64,000 nucleotides of DNA from Cetorhinus maximus (GCF_964194155.1 NC_135886.1:5146001-5210000), one strand, 5' to 3'. Positions 1-13,477 are shown, counted from the first letter of the stretch. Notes: generated from the letters alone by a model not told the origin. Numbers and translations are program-made.

Positions 1-193
1 GGGATATACAACCTGCCCGACAACTTGTGAATGTGGAACTGAGCCACAGACTATGCAACATCTCCTGCAATGCCTATCACTAGAGGAACCCTGCACTGTT
101 GCAGATCTTGCCGAATTCAACAACAAGGCGTAAAAATGTGTCCAGTTCTGGCTGGGCCGTGTATAGACTGTCCGTGGACACGATAAGAAGAAG
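1..193 (+). mobile_element. 3' end of a non-LTR retrotransposon (Ingi/Vingi- or RTE-X-like), degenerate
   Basis: Frame from nt 2 reads GYTTCPTTCECGTEPQTMQHLLQC (C-terminal CCHC knuckle), has an internal stop, then a short 3' UTR ending in aagaagaag. Clade is inferred from motif recall. Confidence 0.6.
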
Positions 194-1229
194 TCCAGCT
201 GAAGCATCCATTGGAAAGAGGGCTGGAAATTGTGCCATTGTTGGGCTGGATTATGGAAGGTCCAATGGAACGAAGAAGTAAAGACTCAGGCCCCTTTCCC
301 AGAAAGGTCACTTTCCCTTGCAGCTGATTGCTTGACCAAGCTGATTGTGCCCTTGCCCACACCCCTCCCCCACCCCACACGACCCCAGAAAGAACCCTGC
401 TCCAACCAATACATTGGGAGTACCAAAGGTAAGAAGGTGAGCAGGTGTATTCAACCAGGCCAGTCACATCTCCGTCTGTGATGCCCAATTTTGAAGGGGC
501 GGGCACAGGAGCTGCCCAATCCCTATCCTCTGCCGACAAACCTCAACATGGGGCAAAAAGCAGAGCAACAAAGCCCTACCCCAAATTTCACATTGGCCTG
601 CTCCCAGTAGCGTTCAAATACCCTGGAAAATTGGGGGCCAACAACTAGGAGTTTTCCTCCAGGCAATCAGACTGAAAATAGGGAAACTAGGAGCGTCTTG
701 GAAAGCAGACAGTATTAAAAAGTGACATGAAACGATTTTTTAATTTAAGGGTAGCTTACTAAGTGAACTCGTAACAACCTCGTCACTTAGATTTTTCACA
801 AAAAATTAAGTGGCACGATGAATGAAGCTGACGGAAATATAGCCTAGAAATGACTCATTGACTTACAGCAGCCAAATGCTTTCATAGAACTGTATTGATG
901 CGTTTGTTAAATTAACGGGCTCCGGACTCTCATAGCATCTTAATCATTAATATTATCATATTGCTGTCATTTCTACATTAACAAATTGATAATATGCATA
1001 ATATTCTCTAAATCTACTGACTGTAGTAGTACATTGCATTGTGAAAGTCAAACTTTATATACGAAAATAAATCAAGTTCTAATGGGCCCATTCATGTTGT
1101 AGCTATGGTCACATAGAAAACTGTTCAGACCGTCAAATACAAGAAGCAGTGTTAAAAAGAGAAACTTATTTCGAAAGCATATGAAGATGATTGCTCCCCA
1201 ACCTGGGTTCACCTTATTTGTTTCCTTAC

Positions 1230-1278
1230 CTGATAACGAAAGAGTGACCAGGACGATAGTAAATTCAATGCTCTTCAT
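1230..1278 (-). CDS. Leader (signal peptide) exon of a probable third CD300/pIgR-like paralog (gene C); remainder lies left of the window
   Basis: aaacATG MKSIEFTIVLVTLSLS+G|gtaagg, phase 1. Same ending (TCA G|gtaag) and similar aaac(a)ATG context as the leaders of genes A and B. An in-frame upstream ATG exists at 1299. Confidence 0.65.
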
Positions 1279-2370
1279 GTTTAGAAAGAGAAGACCCATC
1301 CAATATTACGGACAGAATGCCACTTTGTACAGGTTGGATTTTACTGAGGAATTGTGATCTCCTCCCCCCACCCCCTCCCCCGGCCGGAACATAGAATTCA
1401 CGGATTTGGCAATAATGAAATGTTTGTCAACAGTTGCGTAAAGGTTGGTGCGAGGTTATCTGTTACTCAAGGTAGTTCTGCAAGTGTCACTGCCATGTTT
1501 TTAGTGGTTCGAGACTTTGCCGTGTCAGGTGATATTCTACTATTTGCTCATTTGTATCTCTAGCCTTTGTTTACACAAACCCAAATCTCAACTAGAGTTC
1601 TTGAATCGTATCAGAATCACTGTTACATATATCGAATACTCAACTGTCAAGTACTATTAAAAAGGACTGGGTCACATTCTGTGACAAGTATAGTATTTGA
1701 AACATTTTATGTTTTTAAGAACTTGAAGAAATTGAGCTTACAGAATAATCTGGAGTCTGAGCAGATAGATCACGGCCTCCGCACCTGTTTTGATCACCAT
1801 AAAGTCAACTGATTTAAATTTAAGTTAGCAGATAACCTTTGGGGATGTCCTGCGGTTGTGAAAGGCACTATTTAAATACAAGCCTTCTTGTTTTCTTTCT
1901 GTGTAATGGAAATAATGTTTGTTAGGCTTTTGTTTCCTCATCTAACTTAGCTTCAGTGTCTAAAGGAGCCTTTTGATACAAAGGAATGGTCTTTCCTTTG
2001 CTCTGTAGGGAAAGAACCTTGGACGCCTCTCAGGAAAGGTCCCCTGGCCCTGCTGGAATTTCCTCCAGGAAGTAAAAGATGGTTATCAATTGTTCACTGA
2101 GGATCTTCACCCATTTAATGAACTGCTCAAACAATTTTCTTCTGAAGATGAGCTGGGATTCCTGATGTTTGCAACCAGCCAAGCCTGCTAATAATGACTT
2201 CCTTAGCACCTTGTCAAAATATCTCGAGCTAGGTTAACTATCATCAGTCTGAAGTCTGATCTGCAGGACCACACAAAGTCTATTTATGTAGAAATTATAT
2301 CATCTAACAGTACTGATCAACAAATTAGATGATGCCATCACATGTTTGACAGTATTATGATCCCAACTGA

Positions 2371-3739
2371 TGTTATTACTGTCAGATCTCAGGGTGGAAC
2401 TCAGCTTGATAGATCCTAACTTTTAATTTTTGTTTAGAAACGTGGAGGGTGGCTACTGAACACAGTCACAGGAGTCAGCTGATGAACTTTTAACAAAAGA
2501 ATAAAACATTTATTAAACAAGAAAAGATGAACTATATTACAATCCTCCTTCACCCACACCTATACCTTTAAAGATATATACAAATTCGCAAGGATAGCAA
2601 AAGTTACAAAAGCTATCTTATACTCCGGTAATCATTGTAAGCACACAGTCCATGTAAACCAGTATGCGATTTGTGGTCAGGCACATCATTTGCAGAAACC
2701 AAGTGACAGATGCCACCCTAAACAGATGCTATGGATCCCTCATCAACTCTCCCCAGAGGTTTGTCCCACCGTGAGCCAATTGGTCTCACTGAATTCCATC
2801 TTTCACACAAGGGTTTTCAATCTCCACTCTCGAAGAACCTGCTTCGGAATCTTCTCCCAAATGATGCTTTCCCTCAGACACCTTCCACAAGGGTCCGCCT
2901 CCAGGGCTTCGAACTCTCCTTCTGATTTTCCTCTCCCCTGGATTGCCCTGTGCATTCAAGCTTTCTTCCATGCACTCTCTCTCAGACTCAACCAGGCCAG
3001 CAGAACACCACTGCTTCACATGCCTATAGTAAAGAATCACAGACCGTTGGCTTTCCCCTTTGATCTTCTGTCTTCTTGCAAGCCTGTTTTGCTTTAAGTC
3101 TGTGTCCTGCAGCTTTCTCCCTTTAAGCTTGGAGCCTTTCTCTGCTCCTCTTACCTTCATTTTACAGCACTTTTTCCCAGATTCCTGTTCTTTTCCTTTG
3201 ACTAGAAAGTCTTCTTGGGGTTTTCTTTTTTTCCCTTTAGGACCTGCTCCCTGCAGTTCCCTCTCCCAGTAGACGGCTGACAACTTGGTCTCTCCCTTGA
3301 GATCTAGAACGCGACATTCACTGTTACTTTAACTTTAGAGCAACTCATCTAAGATTCTTAGACTTATTTTCCTCAGCAGTCTGCTAGTATGTCAGCAAGA
3401 GAGAGACTTAAACTTTTCCCTTCATCTTAGAGCATAATGACCACCTGAACTCAAATTGCTTTTGGTTTCTTGGTGCCTGTGTGGGGCCTCTCTCTCTGGA
3501 CCCCTGTTGCTAGGCAACAGCACAGTTTTTCTACCTTGTGTTTGTTTTAACTTCCCTTCAAGAATCGTAAACCTTATTAAAATGTAGGCATCTTTTAAAG
3601 GGGAGCTAAAACTCAAGTTCTCCCTTTCTTAACACACCAATGCAGAAACACAAATCAAGCTTAAGCATAAAGGTAAAACTTATCCCTAACAAAAACAAAT
3701 GCGAATATAGCTTACTTAAACTATCTCTGGTTCCTAACA
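2371..3739 (-). mobile_element. Probable solo LTR
   Basis: Termini tgtta...taaca; minus-strand AATAAA at 2509-2514, about 140 nt from the 3' end; no coding domain; no matching TSD found. Confidence 0.45.
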
Positions 3740-4081
3740 CCAGGGACACCTGAAGATGCTTTCAGTGGGCCTTACACCTTGATACCCTCTCACATTGGAG
3801 GATCTGAGGCAGACAGGCAGCAAGGCAAGGGAGGGCAGAGAGGTAGGTATTTCTCTTGCAGCCTCCCAACAGATCTTTGTGTTCAGAGGAATTTGGTCTT
3901 CTGTATTTCAGCGGCAGATTACTTCCCATATAATGTGAAAAAGACAACAGGTCTAATTTTCTGAGTCTGCACATGAGTTTTGGATCTGTACTGTTGCTGG
4001 CAAGAGTTCATACCAGCATCACTAACCTTTCAATAACAATCTTCGTTTTATGAATGCAATTTACATAATTTGATTAATGAC

Positions 4082-4392
4082 TTTTTTTATTTGTTCATGG
4101 CATGTGGGCGTCGCTGGTATAGCCAACATTTATTGCCCATCCCTAAGGCCTTTGCGATGATGGTGGTAAGTCACCATCTTGAACTGCTGCAGTTCATGAG
4201 GTGTAGGTACACCCACAATGCTGTTAGGAAGGGAGTTCCATGTTTTTGACCCAGTGACAGTGAAGGAACGGCGATATAGTTCCAAGTCAGGATGGTGTGT
4301 GACTTGGAGGGGAACTTGCAGGTGTTCCCATATGTCTGTTGCCCTTGTTCTTCAAAGTGGTAGAGGTTGCGGGTTTGGTAGGTGCTGCTGAA
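4082..4392 (-). mobile_element. LINE 3' end (CR1/L2 group), family sharing its tail with the tRNA-SINEs in this window
   Basis: Reverse-complement similarity to 16300-16600 and direct similarity to 45995-46185 (tttattgcccatccctaa...gtgtaggtacacccac). Confidence 0.75.
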
Positions 4393-5954
4393 AGATAAAA
4401 CTGAAAGCTACATACTCAAAACAAGTGTTTGTGAAGTTTTAATGTCATTGTGGAAGAAAAGTACAGCAATTTCAACATGCAATAAAAATCATCGCCCGCA
4501 AGTGATAAAGTAACAGGTATCTGGGAGTTAACAATCCTTCACCAACTACAAATGTAAATTTAAAAAATTGTGGGTTAGTGTGCCATTAGTACTTCAGTAA
4601 ATACATCAGCTAAATTGTTTATGGATTCCTAAGTATGTTGAATTTAGTTATCCTTCTCCAAATGTCAGAAATTATTATATAAGACATTTCTAAACGTATC
4701 CCTTTGAATTCATGTACAGTTCTGCTTCAAGATTGATAAACCAGACAGGATTCCAAATTTCCATTTGCACAGTTGCAGTCTTTAGTTTTGTTTATGTATC
4801 TGGGAACAAGTATTTAATTACCTTAAAACAGTTTATTACACAATTCATTATCTCCCATTGCATAAAACTCATGTCGATAACATTTCCTGTCATTCTCCTG
4901 TTTATCCATTCTGTTAAAGTGATCAGATTCAATGATGAAGCATATTTGTCAGTCTTAGGATTCCTGGATAATAAATTATGAATATTCAGTTCATTCTCAG
5001 CCTCTGGTTGATTGTGTATTTGACACTATACTTGTTTCCTTTTCATAATACCACAGTCACATGTAAGATTTGATGTAATATCAGTTAACTGTTCAGTTCT
5101 ATAATTATTGATCAGCCGGGCAAAGGATTGTTGACAACTTGGACTAATACTATAATATAAATTAAAAGAACTATTTTACTTGAATCTACTTAGTAGTGAT
5201 TTAATTATCCATTTACATTGAAGCCGATTTGTTGTGGGCTCTTAAATGTTGGCACGCTCCAAAGGTACCAATTGGTGACCTCATGCCAATGACATTGGGC
5301 TAGATTTTGTAGCCAGCAGCAAAACAATGGCACCCGCCATTGACCTCTAAGAAAGCTGTCCACAAAGATCTCCCAAATTCTGTGGTGTGGACTTCCCCTT
5401 GCTCAAAGGCAATTTAAATATAGCAACAAGTCAAGGGGATCTCCAAGTGCGCAGCAGCAGTGGCATCAGCAAGCAGGATAAGCAGCCAGTCAGATTGATG
5501 TATTCTCACACACAGCAAAGCAGGAAGTTGGAAGTACTGAATCCCTTCACTTTTAATTTAAATTTGTATATTGTCCTGTGTTGTTCTGGTGCTGTATATG
5601 CCTGAATAACACAGCAACAGCACATGTACAGATCCATAAATATACAGGACTGCCTATCAACGCCTCTGGTTCACCCATTCATCGTTAATCTAACAGGATG
5701 CTTGCTTTTTTTTTTGTTTTCTCCTAGCTTTGAAAGATGACTGTCATTTTACCAGAGTGAGGGTGACTGCCCAACAATGTTCCCTCTAATTTTTCTTTGT
5801 TGTGAGTGGCCTGTTTTTTGCACTGCACGGTCCCTTTGGGATTATTGTGCAGCCATGAGCCCACACGGTTTAGAGGGAACATTACTGGACAGGTAAGTGG
5901 GCTGTCAGTGACGCTGACTGTAATGTTGTAGGTTATAGGTTCAGATAAACATGA

Positions 5955-6365
5955 GTAGGTCATTCCGCTGCTCTAACCTGCTCTGCCATTCAATTAGATC
6001 ACGGCTCATCTGTATCTTGACTCCATGTACCTGCCTTGGTTTCCCTTAATACATTTGATAAAACATTAAAGGGAATCACACCACCATGATTCTCTATGAG
6101 CCACAATTATTGCTACTTCACAACAATGCTTTTTACATTAAATTGCTAAATATGTCAAAGAATATTATTTTGCCTACCCATAATCAGAGAAAAAAAAAAT
6201 TATGCCCTTGCTTAAAAAAATTTTGTCAATCCCAATTTTAGTCCTTAACAGCTTTTTTGGGGGAGAAGGTCCAGATTTCCACACCACCCTTTGTTTAAAG
6301 CAATGATTCCTGACATCACCCCTGAACAGCTCTGATTTTAAGGTTCTGCTCCCTTGCTCTGGACA
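5955..6365 (-). mobile_element. Degraded CR1 LINE 3' fragments
   Basis: cctgctctgccattcaattagatca and cctgacatcacccctgaac segments resemble the CR1 3' end at 20040-20330. Confidence 0.5.
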
Positions 6366-6685
6366 CCAACCCCACATCCCCCCACCCACCCCCCCACCTC
6401 CCTCCAGCCCAACACCCCCAAACCCCATCTAGAGAAATTCGGTAGGTAGAGAGAAACTATCTGTTTCAGAGGGCACTTTAGAGAAAACATTTATGAGGAT
6501 TCAAGCCACTGGCAAATATTGGAAAAATGCAGACACTCTGCCTGAGATATTTCCAATATGCACTAGCTGGACTCAAGGTGCAAAATTATACTCATGCTGT
6601 AAAGGAATAATTTACAATTTACAGGAATATCGTTCTTCAGAAAGTGGGTCTTTCAGCAGCTTGCAGACGTCATGTTGGAAGAACA

Positions 6686-6877
6686 TTACTTTTTGAATAC
6701 AACTGTGGAATACTCTGTAGGTTCTGCAGCAGGAGGCTCAGTAACTGGCGGTTTGATTGCTTCCTGACTGTTGGAAGGTTTCACATTGTTGTAAGTAGCG
6801 GAGTCCTCCTGAGGGTGATTAATGGGCTGAATTGTCACAGTGGCATAAGTAACTCCTCCTTCCAACTCTCTGGACAA
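6686..6877 (-). CDS. Gene A exon 6: cytoplasmic tail with ITIM/ITSM motifs, stop codon
   Basis: Acceptor ttctttatcttcag|TTG, phase 0; LSRELEGGVTYATVTIQPINHPQEDSATYNNVKPSNSQEAIKPPVTEPPAAEPTEYSTVVFKK*. VTYATV fits the ITIM consensus, TEYSTV the ITSM consensus. Confidence 0.9.
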   Translation of the reverse strand: MSRELEGGVTYATVTIQPINHPQEDSATYNNVKPSNSQEAIKPPVTEPPAAEPTEYSTVVFKK

Positions 6878-7744
6878 CTGAAGATAAAGAATACAAGGAC
6901 GTGATTGAGGGAATGAAGCAATGAGTCCATCCATCATTAAAATACAAAAGTGAAAATTTGGGCAATCCTTCATTTTAGAAAATAAATGCACTGTGAAACT
7001 CTAAAATAAATAGGTAGTGAAATCAATATTACATGCAACTGCTTGAGTTAATCAGTAACTTTGTTTTTGGAAAGAATTTTAACCATTTCAGCACCACTGT
7101 CACGATCATAGAAAAGTATATTGGCAGATCCTTTTGCACAATTTGATGTATAAGACTTAATCAGTGATTGATCTGGTTGCTTGTATTGCAGGGTCATGTA
7201 TCTTAGCTTCAAAACAATTCTCCAACCAACAAAAAGCTAGGCCCCAAAATCCTGATTGGGCCTTGGATGTATTCTTCTGCAACAGACAGAGACCAGAAAG
7301 ATGGGGAGGAATTGCACAGCTGAAAATTTTCCCAACATGGAGGATTGCAAAGAGGGTGAGTTTTCTATTGTCCCTCCTGCTACCCACCGCCCAACCCCCC
7401 ATTCCACCCCCAGACCTCTCAGTGTCAAGAGGGCATGTTGGCAGGGAGCTATTTCCATTATTTCCTCAGGGGGACATAAGTTTCACCAGCTGGAAGATGT
7501 TGTGAGTGCTCCTGAGGCCCTGTGAAAAGGCCTGAAAACACTTGCAGCCTAAGACAACCGATTAATGCAAGGGGCCCAGAGCCCCCATGGGCTACAATTT
7601 TCAAATGTGCTTTTTGCAGGCATGGATGGCCTGCTGTGAATATACAGCAAACTCCATGCCTTGGATTGGTTCTGCGTTCTAGGCTTTCCTCTATCATAGG
7701 AACAGGAGTAGGCCATCTAGGTCCTTGATCCTGATCCACCATTT

Positions 7745-8095
7745 TTTAAAAATTCATTCATGTGATGTCAGAATGCCAGAATTTATTTACATGACCCTAA
7801 TTGTCCTTGGAAAGCCTTCTTGATCTGCTATCCGTTCGCTTTTTTTTTTACAGACTGGTTTGGTACAAGTGAGTTGCTTGCTAGGCTATTTCAGCGGAGA
7901 TATAAGAGCTAGCCACATTGCTGGGGATCTGGAGTCAGACTGGGTTAAGAATGGCATGTATGCTTTCCCAAATGACATTCATGAACCAAATGAACAGTCT
8001 GGTAGTCTCAAGTCACTGATCCTAGCTTTTGATTCAAGTTTATTTAATGAACTGAATTTAAATTCCTCGCCTGCCATGGTGGGATTTGAACTCAT
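7745..8095 (-). mobile_element. tRNA-derived SINE, interrupted near its B-box by a MITE
   Basis: Reverse-complement similarity to the SINE at 62321-62702 (gggatttgaactcat, gaatttaaattcc, ggatctggagtca). Confidence 0.65.
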
Positions 8096-8790
8096 GGGCT
8101 GGATTTTAGGGAGTGCCATGATCCCTGGCCACCTCTCCCCACCACCACAACACCTGGTTAAAATGTCAGGGAACAGCCTGCCCAGGTGAAGAAAGGTTGT
8201 CCTGCAGCCACTTAACAGCTGATAGGCCGGTAATTGGCTCGAGATGGGACTGCTGCCCTACAGGGAGAGGAAGTTCCACCTCAGACAGCGGCCATCCAAT
8301 CAGAGCCAGGCAGGTCTCCAATACCGGCAGCGCCAACATAAGTGGTGGCCACTGCCAGTACTGCACTTGAGGAGGTGAACTGCACTGTATTGTGTTGTAA
8401 GTGTTTTGAGGGTCTTGCTGGGTTCCAAGCTGGCAGGCTGCAACACGGGGAGTGGGAGTTGGAATTTGAGAGACCATGGGGAGGAGGGGACCCTGTTGGG
8501 GGGGTGGGCCCCTCTGATGGGCCCCGGGATCATTAAGAAGAGACCCTGTCCCCCTGCCTGCCTGGCGGGGTTGTCACTTGCCATGGGCCTCTCCCGCTGC
8601 CAGTTTAATTCAGCGGGATGAGGTCTTTAGTGAGCGTTAATTGCTCACTTCAGGGTCTCAGTTAGCCCATTGATGACTGGCCATCCAATGCCACCCCTGC
8701 TGCTGGTAAAATTGTGGTGTAGGGCTGGAATTTGCACTCTCCCTGCCTTCAAACCTGCCATAGGGACATGGAGAGTGTAAAATCCAGCGC
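8096..8790. mobile_element. PIF/Harbinger-type MITE
   Basis: TIRs gggctggatttta / taaaatccagcgc; 3-bp TSD cat on both sides. Confidence 0.8.
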
Positions 8791-9122
8791 CATGGTTTTA
8801 GATCAGTAAATGAAATCTTGTTGAAATGTGACCTATTTTCATGTACTCAACTTTGCCCTAAATCCCTTAATACAATTGGTGATCATTTCAGATTTAATAT
8901 TAACCATCAATTTAGCATTAACTGCTATTTGCAGAGGCGATTTCCAAATTTCTTCCACTCTTTGCGTGTAGAAGTGTTTCCTAACTTCGTTTATGAAAGT
9001 CCTGGTTAAAAGGAAGTTCAGATGAATACGCGAAACATGTATGTCCATCATACCAACTTCACAGGCTAGGAGATTCCACAAGTATGAAACCACCTAGTAT
9101 TGTCAACAGGTTATAGCCTTAC

Positions 9123-9178
9123 CACAGAGTTTGACTTTGGAATGGAATTTTCTATTTTTGATTCCTTCTCTCTGTTGT
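9123..9178 (-). CDS. Gene A exon 5: membrane-proximal cytoplasmic exon
   Basis: tttggatttttcag|AC...GTG|gtaagg; 56 nt, phase 1 to 0, bridging exons 4 and 6 in frame; DNREKESKIENSIPKSNSV. Confidence 0.8.
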
Positions 9179-10161
9179 CTGAAAAATCCAAACATAAAGG
9201 TAGTGAGCAAAGCAGCAGGAAGATTCAAAATGTGTCAGTTTTTGTGTGGTGTTAAATGCTGAGTTTTTAAAAATTAAATTGCACTCTTTGATATTCCCTA
9301 TTCAACAGTAGATGAAATATGGGGATAAATGAGAGTGTTGAGGTAATATACTTCCTGAGTAGTTGAAAACTTCAGTTAAAACCTTGTCTCACAATTAATT
9401 ACATAAGGAGGCATTAACATCAGACATGGGTTTAGATTCGATGCATATTGTTAGGTAAAATGCTTCCAGTCTGTGTCAGGCAGTTGCATTAAATCTCATA
9501 ATATATTCTGATATTGCTTCTCTACTCAATTGCCTTTCATTAACTGCAAACTGAATATAATTAATTTAATGTTTAGCGATTTGTGAAGTTGTTTTTTTTT
9601 TCTGTTTGTATTAATGAATTGATCACTTATAACATTTCTCTTGGATGAAATCAAAGGGAAAAAAAACCTTAGCCTTCCAGTAGCTATATCTCAGCTTGTC
9701 CCCCATTTCCCCCCCACAACGACAGGTTTAACACTTTTCACACGGGAAGATAAGTTTCCTGTTATAGAAACTGACCAATTTTCATCTCCATTGGAATGAA
9801 TGGAAATTAAAAGTAGATGGTTTTTAGAATGGGTGACAAATCTTCATCACTGGTTATATGCCCAGGTGGCCAGTTGAACATGTCTTTCCCGGCCCTTGTT
9901 TAAAGTTGTGTGTGTGCGCGGCTGTGGAAGATACTGTACAGGCCGTGTTCTGTGTTAACAAAGCAAAATAACTTAAAGGTACTGTGCAGTGAAAAAAATT
10001 GGCCATGCCCAATAACAACAACATTTTACAGGAACATTGTCCACAGTCTACATTCTTCCTGTTCCTTCTCTGCCATTTTGTTTGCCTTCCACTCATTGAA
10101 ACTCCTACCTATCTCCTTGAGGCTCTCGCTCACTTTCACTCCTGGCTGTCTCTATCTCTTT

Positions 10162-10816
10162 GGCCAGAATTTTACGCCCCCGTGGGTGACCTGAACGGAC
10201 GTGAAATAGAGCAAGATGACGTCGGGTGAGTGTCCCGGTGTCACCTCTCACTCGCGCGATATTTCGCTCAGTGGGTGCACGCGGCAGTGGGCAATTAAGC
10301 CCATCAACGATGAAATCAACAGCGATTTTACGTGACCCGTCCACATTTATGGTCGGCTTCTCCCAGGCGGCGTTCACATTTTTGCTCAAACCTCGATCCA
10401 GGGCAGGATGAAATCTCCGTGGGGAAATGAAATAAAAAGAGATAATCTGGGTACTGGTTTTTTATGAGGTATGCTTTCAGGTGCTTGATTGTGCTGCGCG
10501 GACTTATTTTTGTAGCATTTTTTTGTCGTATCCTTTAGTCTGTGGTGGTCTGCAGCGTCTTGGGGCAGCTCGCTTGCCTTCAGAGGGCTGTCTCGAAGCG
10601 CTCACCCGCGGCCTTGGTTACATTGGCACCCGCCCTCTTCCTGTCCTCACCCTGGCAGCGCTGAGCATTTCAGTGCACATGTCACGCTGGCTGGCCGTTA
10701 ATTGGCCAGCCCGTGTGAAATCGCGGTTGGGAGCCGATTGCAGCCAAAAGCGCCCATTTCCTGTCTGCTCCTGGGCCCGCCGATCGCGTGTGCCTGACAC
10801 CCGAAAAATTCCCGCC
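10162..10816. mobile_element. PIF/Harbinger-type MITE (same family as 36399-37048 and 61009-61704, opposite orientation)
   Basis: TIRs ggccagaatttt / aaaattcccgcc; TSD ttt; shared internal motif gaaatcgcggt / accgcgatttc. Confidence 0.8.
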
Positions 10817-10990
10817 TTTGTTTTTTTTCTCCCTCTCTGTTAGAAAAATGGATGTTCCCTTACACGCAAATCTCAGTGGCCTTGCTGTGATTCACTGTGA
10901 ATAACAATAAATAAGAGCGTTGCTGCAAAGGTTTCGCAAACAAACACGCTTGCCTGTCTGCAAACATTACATACCCTCATTCAATAATAA

Positions 10991-11128
10991 TAAAAACAAA
11001 AAACTACTGCGGATGCTGGAAATCCAAAACAAAAACAGAATTACCTGGAAAAACTCAGCAGGTCTGGCAGCATCAGTGGAGAAGAAAAGAGTCGACGTTT
11101 CGAGTCCTCACGACCCTTCAACAGAACT
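10991..11128 (-). mobile_element. Penelope-like element pseudo-LTR fragment with minimal hammerhead motif
   Basis: Near-identical to 14208-14421; flanked by duplicated (ct)cattcaata; minus strand reads agtt-CTGTTGA-stem II-GAAA-cgTC-gact. Confidence 0.75.
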
Positions 11129-11968
11129 CATTCAATACTTGGATATTTCCCCCGCAGAATTAGAGTGGGGAACTGGTCATTCAACTGAACCATTGGAGAG
11201 ATTTTACATTAATTTCATGTGTATCCATCCAGAAATCCAGCAAAAACTGACACGATATCATCTATAAGAGTCCCCCAAAAAGCTGACAGGCAAAAATATG
11301 GATTTTATGGCATTCTCGTAACTTAAGTTGCAGGCTTCACTTTTATTGTAGGCCTAAACTACTCCCAGTTTCATCCAGGCATAGCACAATGCTGACTTAT
11401 GGCAAGGCTGCCATGAAATGTAAAACAGTTGTAACCTTCTCACAACCACTTATTACAAGGTCACCTTAATATTGGTAACCATAGAATAAGAAATCAGGTG
11501 AGGATTGATCTATCACTTATCTGCAGTTGTATTGGGTCACCTATTCTCACATTTATGCCTGTCTTATTTCAATCCTCTCCTGCTGTTGGTTTGATAAATG
11601 CTGTCAACCAATTAAGATGCATTTTTTTTTTAGCCTTTCCAATGGTTGGAAGGATATCTGACATACTAAACTGTGACTTCCTTTAACTGACTACATCCCT
11701 TTGAATTCTATGCTGCACCCATCCTAATCTTCACCTGGATCTGTAAGTCATTCAGCTCAAAAGGCTGAGTTGTAGAGATTGAGTGTCATCAAGAGATTAC
11801 GATCTGGTGAGATTTGCACTAGTGAACTAGCTTGTATTAACAATATGGGAATTGGCCCCTTTACCTGGTCATTTGTTTCACTTGGAGTTTGCAGGACCTT
11901 GCTGAGCATCCTGTCCTATTTAACAATAATGATGGCACTTAAGAAGTAGCCACTTGGTAGTACAGAAC

Positions 11969-12146
11969 TTGAGTATTGCTAAAAACGTTCTGTCAAAGAG
12001 ACATTTTTGTCTTGCACCCATCAGGACAGGTTCACAAGAGCATAAATTGTTATCCCCTTTGAGATTTGGCATTCTTGTGAATCTGTCCTGATGAGTGCAA
12101 GATGAAAAGCTTTGACAGCATGTCTTTTTCTTTCAGCCATACTCAA
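11969..12146. mobile_element. Palindromic Penelope-like pLTR pair (second family) with hammerhead core
   Basis: Imperfect inverted repeat ttgagtattgct...agccatactcaa; plus arm ctgtc-CTGATGA-gtgcaagat-GAAA-agcttt-gacag at 12083-12118. Confidence 0.65.
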
Positions 12147-12969
12147 AAAAAATAGTTCATTGAGTGTGAAGTATCTCAGGGTATCAGGGTACAGAGAACA
12201 CTGTATAAACAGAATCTCTTTTTGTTTTCTGTATGTCTTTGGATTTGAGAAATATCTGCCTGATTCAATTATTCTAAAGGAATCTAACTCTGAATAGTAT
12301 TAACAAGTCGGTAAATTACTAGCAATTCTGCATGTGATGATCCATCGGCTAATTTAATACTGGTAGTTCTATTTACAAAGGGATCATTTGATATTTGACA
12401 GCTCATTCATATATCTTGCTTTCGATATTTGTTTGAGAAATTATAATTGTTTCACTTCTTTATCCAGTACCAAACTGGAGCATGGTCTTGTTTCTCCGCA
12501 CACAAAAGATAGAGAAAATACAGACAAGTGGTCCTTTTAATTAAGAAATAAAATCACCTTTGTGTTGCTAAAACGACTCCCAAGCATTTTAAAATTATCA
12601 GCAAGAAACAATACACATTGCTATGTGCCACATACAAATTGCCACAATGTTACTGGCAATCCTGTCACTATTATATTGTGCTGAATGGACACTGCAACAG
12701 AGTTCCTATTCTTCCAAGGAGATAAAGGAAGTACCGTCACTGTTGGCTCACTACTGAACTTGGTGCCAGGTTGAAATGAAAATACAAGGAGATTCCTGCC
12801 CTGGCAGAAGGATACAAACTCTTGAAATGCAGATGTAGGTAGGAGCTCAACTTGCACAATCTGTTAAAGGTCGCCCCACATCACGTGGTTGGTTTTTTTT
12901 TTGTTTAACTCGCTCGAAAGATGGATTTATTTTGCTGCGTGGGAAAATTGGTTTCATTTCAGAACTTAC

Positions 12970-13070
12970 CCCTATATTTGTGCTTCCTTATTTTGTTGAT
13001 GACTAGGATCACAAGTGCAAGAAGCATCACCATCAAAATTCCAAAGATTAGTCCAAGCGTCAGGAAAAGT
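12970..13070 (-). CDS. Gene A exon 4: uncharged transmembrane segment plus basic stop-transfer residues
   Basis: ctttcattaaccaccaag|A...AGGG|gtaagt; 101 nt, phase 2 to 1; RLFLTLGLIFGILMVMLLALVILVINKIRKHKYR. Confidence 0.9.
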
Positions 13071-13477
13071 CTTGGTGGTTAATGAAAGACAGTGAAAAAT
13101 TACATGAGTATTGGGACAAATGTAATCAGCCACACGTGGGCCAGGACATGCAAACATGCACAATAATGCAACATATTTCAAAATCTGTTGAATCTTCCAG
13201 GTGATAACATAGGACAACTGTTGCCTCTTCCCACCATCAATTCTTACCCCTCTTCTGTCTCCAATTTTTAACATTCTTACTATGTCGCATTTCTTTCTAA
13301 TCCATTATGGAATTAAATTCGTGCAGGGCTATTCCCCCCTCTCAGCAAGACCTAGAGAAATAGCACAACCCATTTAAAAAAAACATTGATTTTCTTTTTC
13401 ACTTACCTGCCTTTCTGAGCCTTTCTGACAACACGATCGGCAGTAGTAAATGCTTAATACAATTTGACATCCGTAAG

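Noticed and set aside
13407-13452. Strong donor CAG|gtaagt in gene A intron 3, possible cassette exon
   Set aside because: Weak acceptor; 46 nt would frameshift the TM exon and create a premature stop upstream of further junctions.
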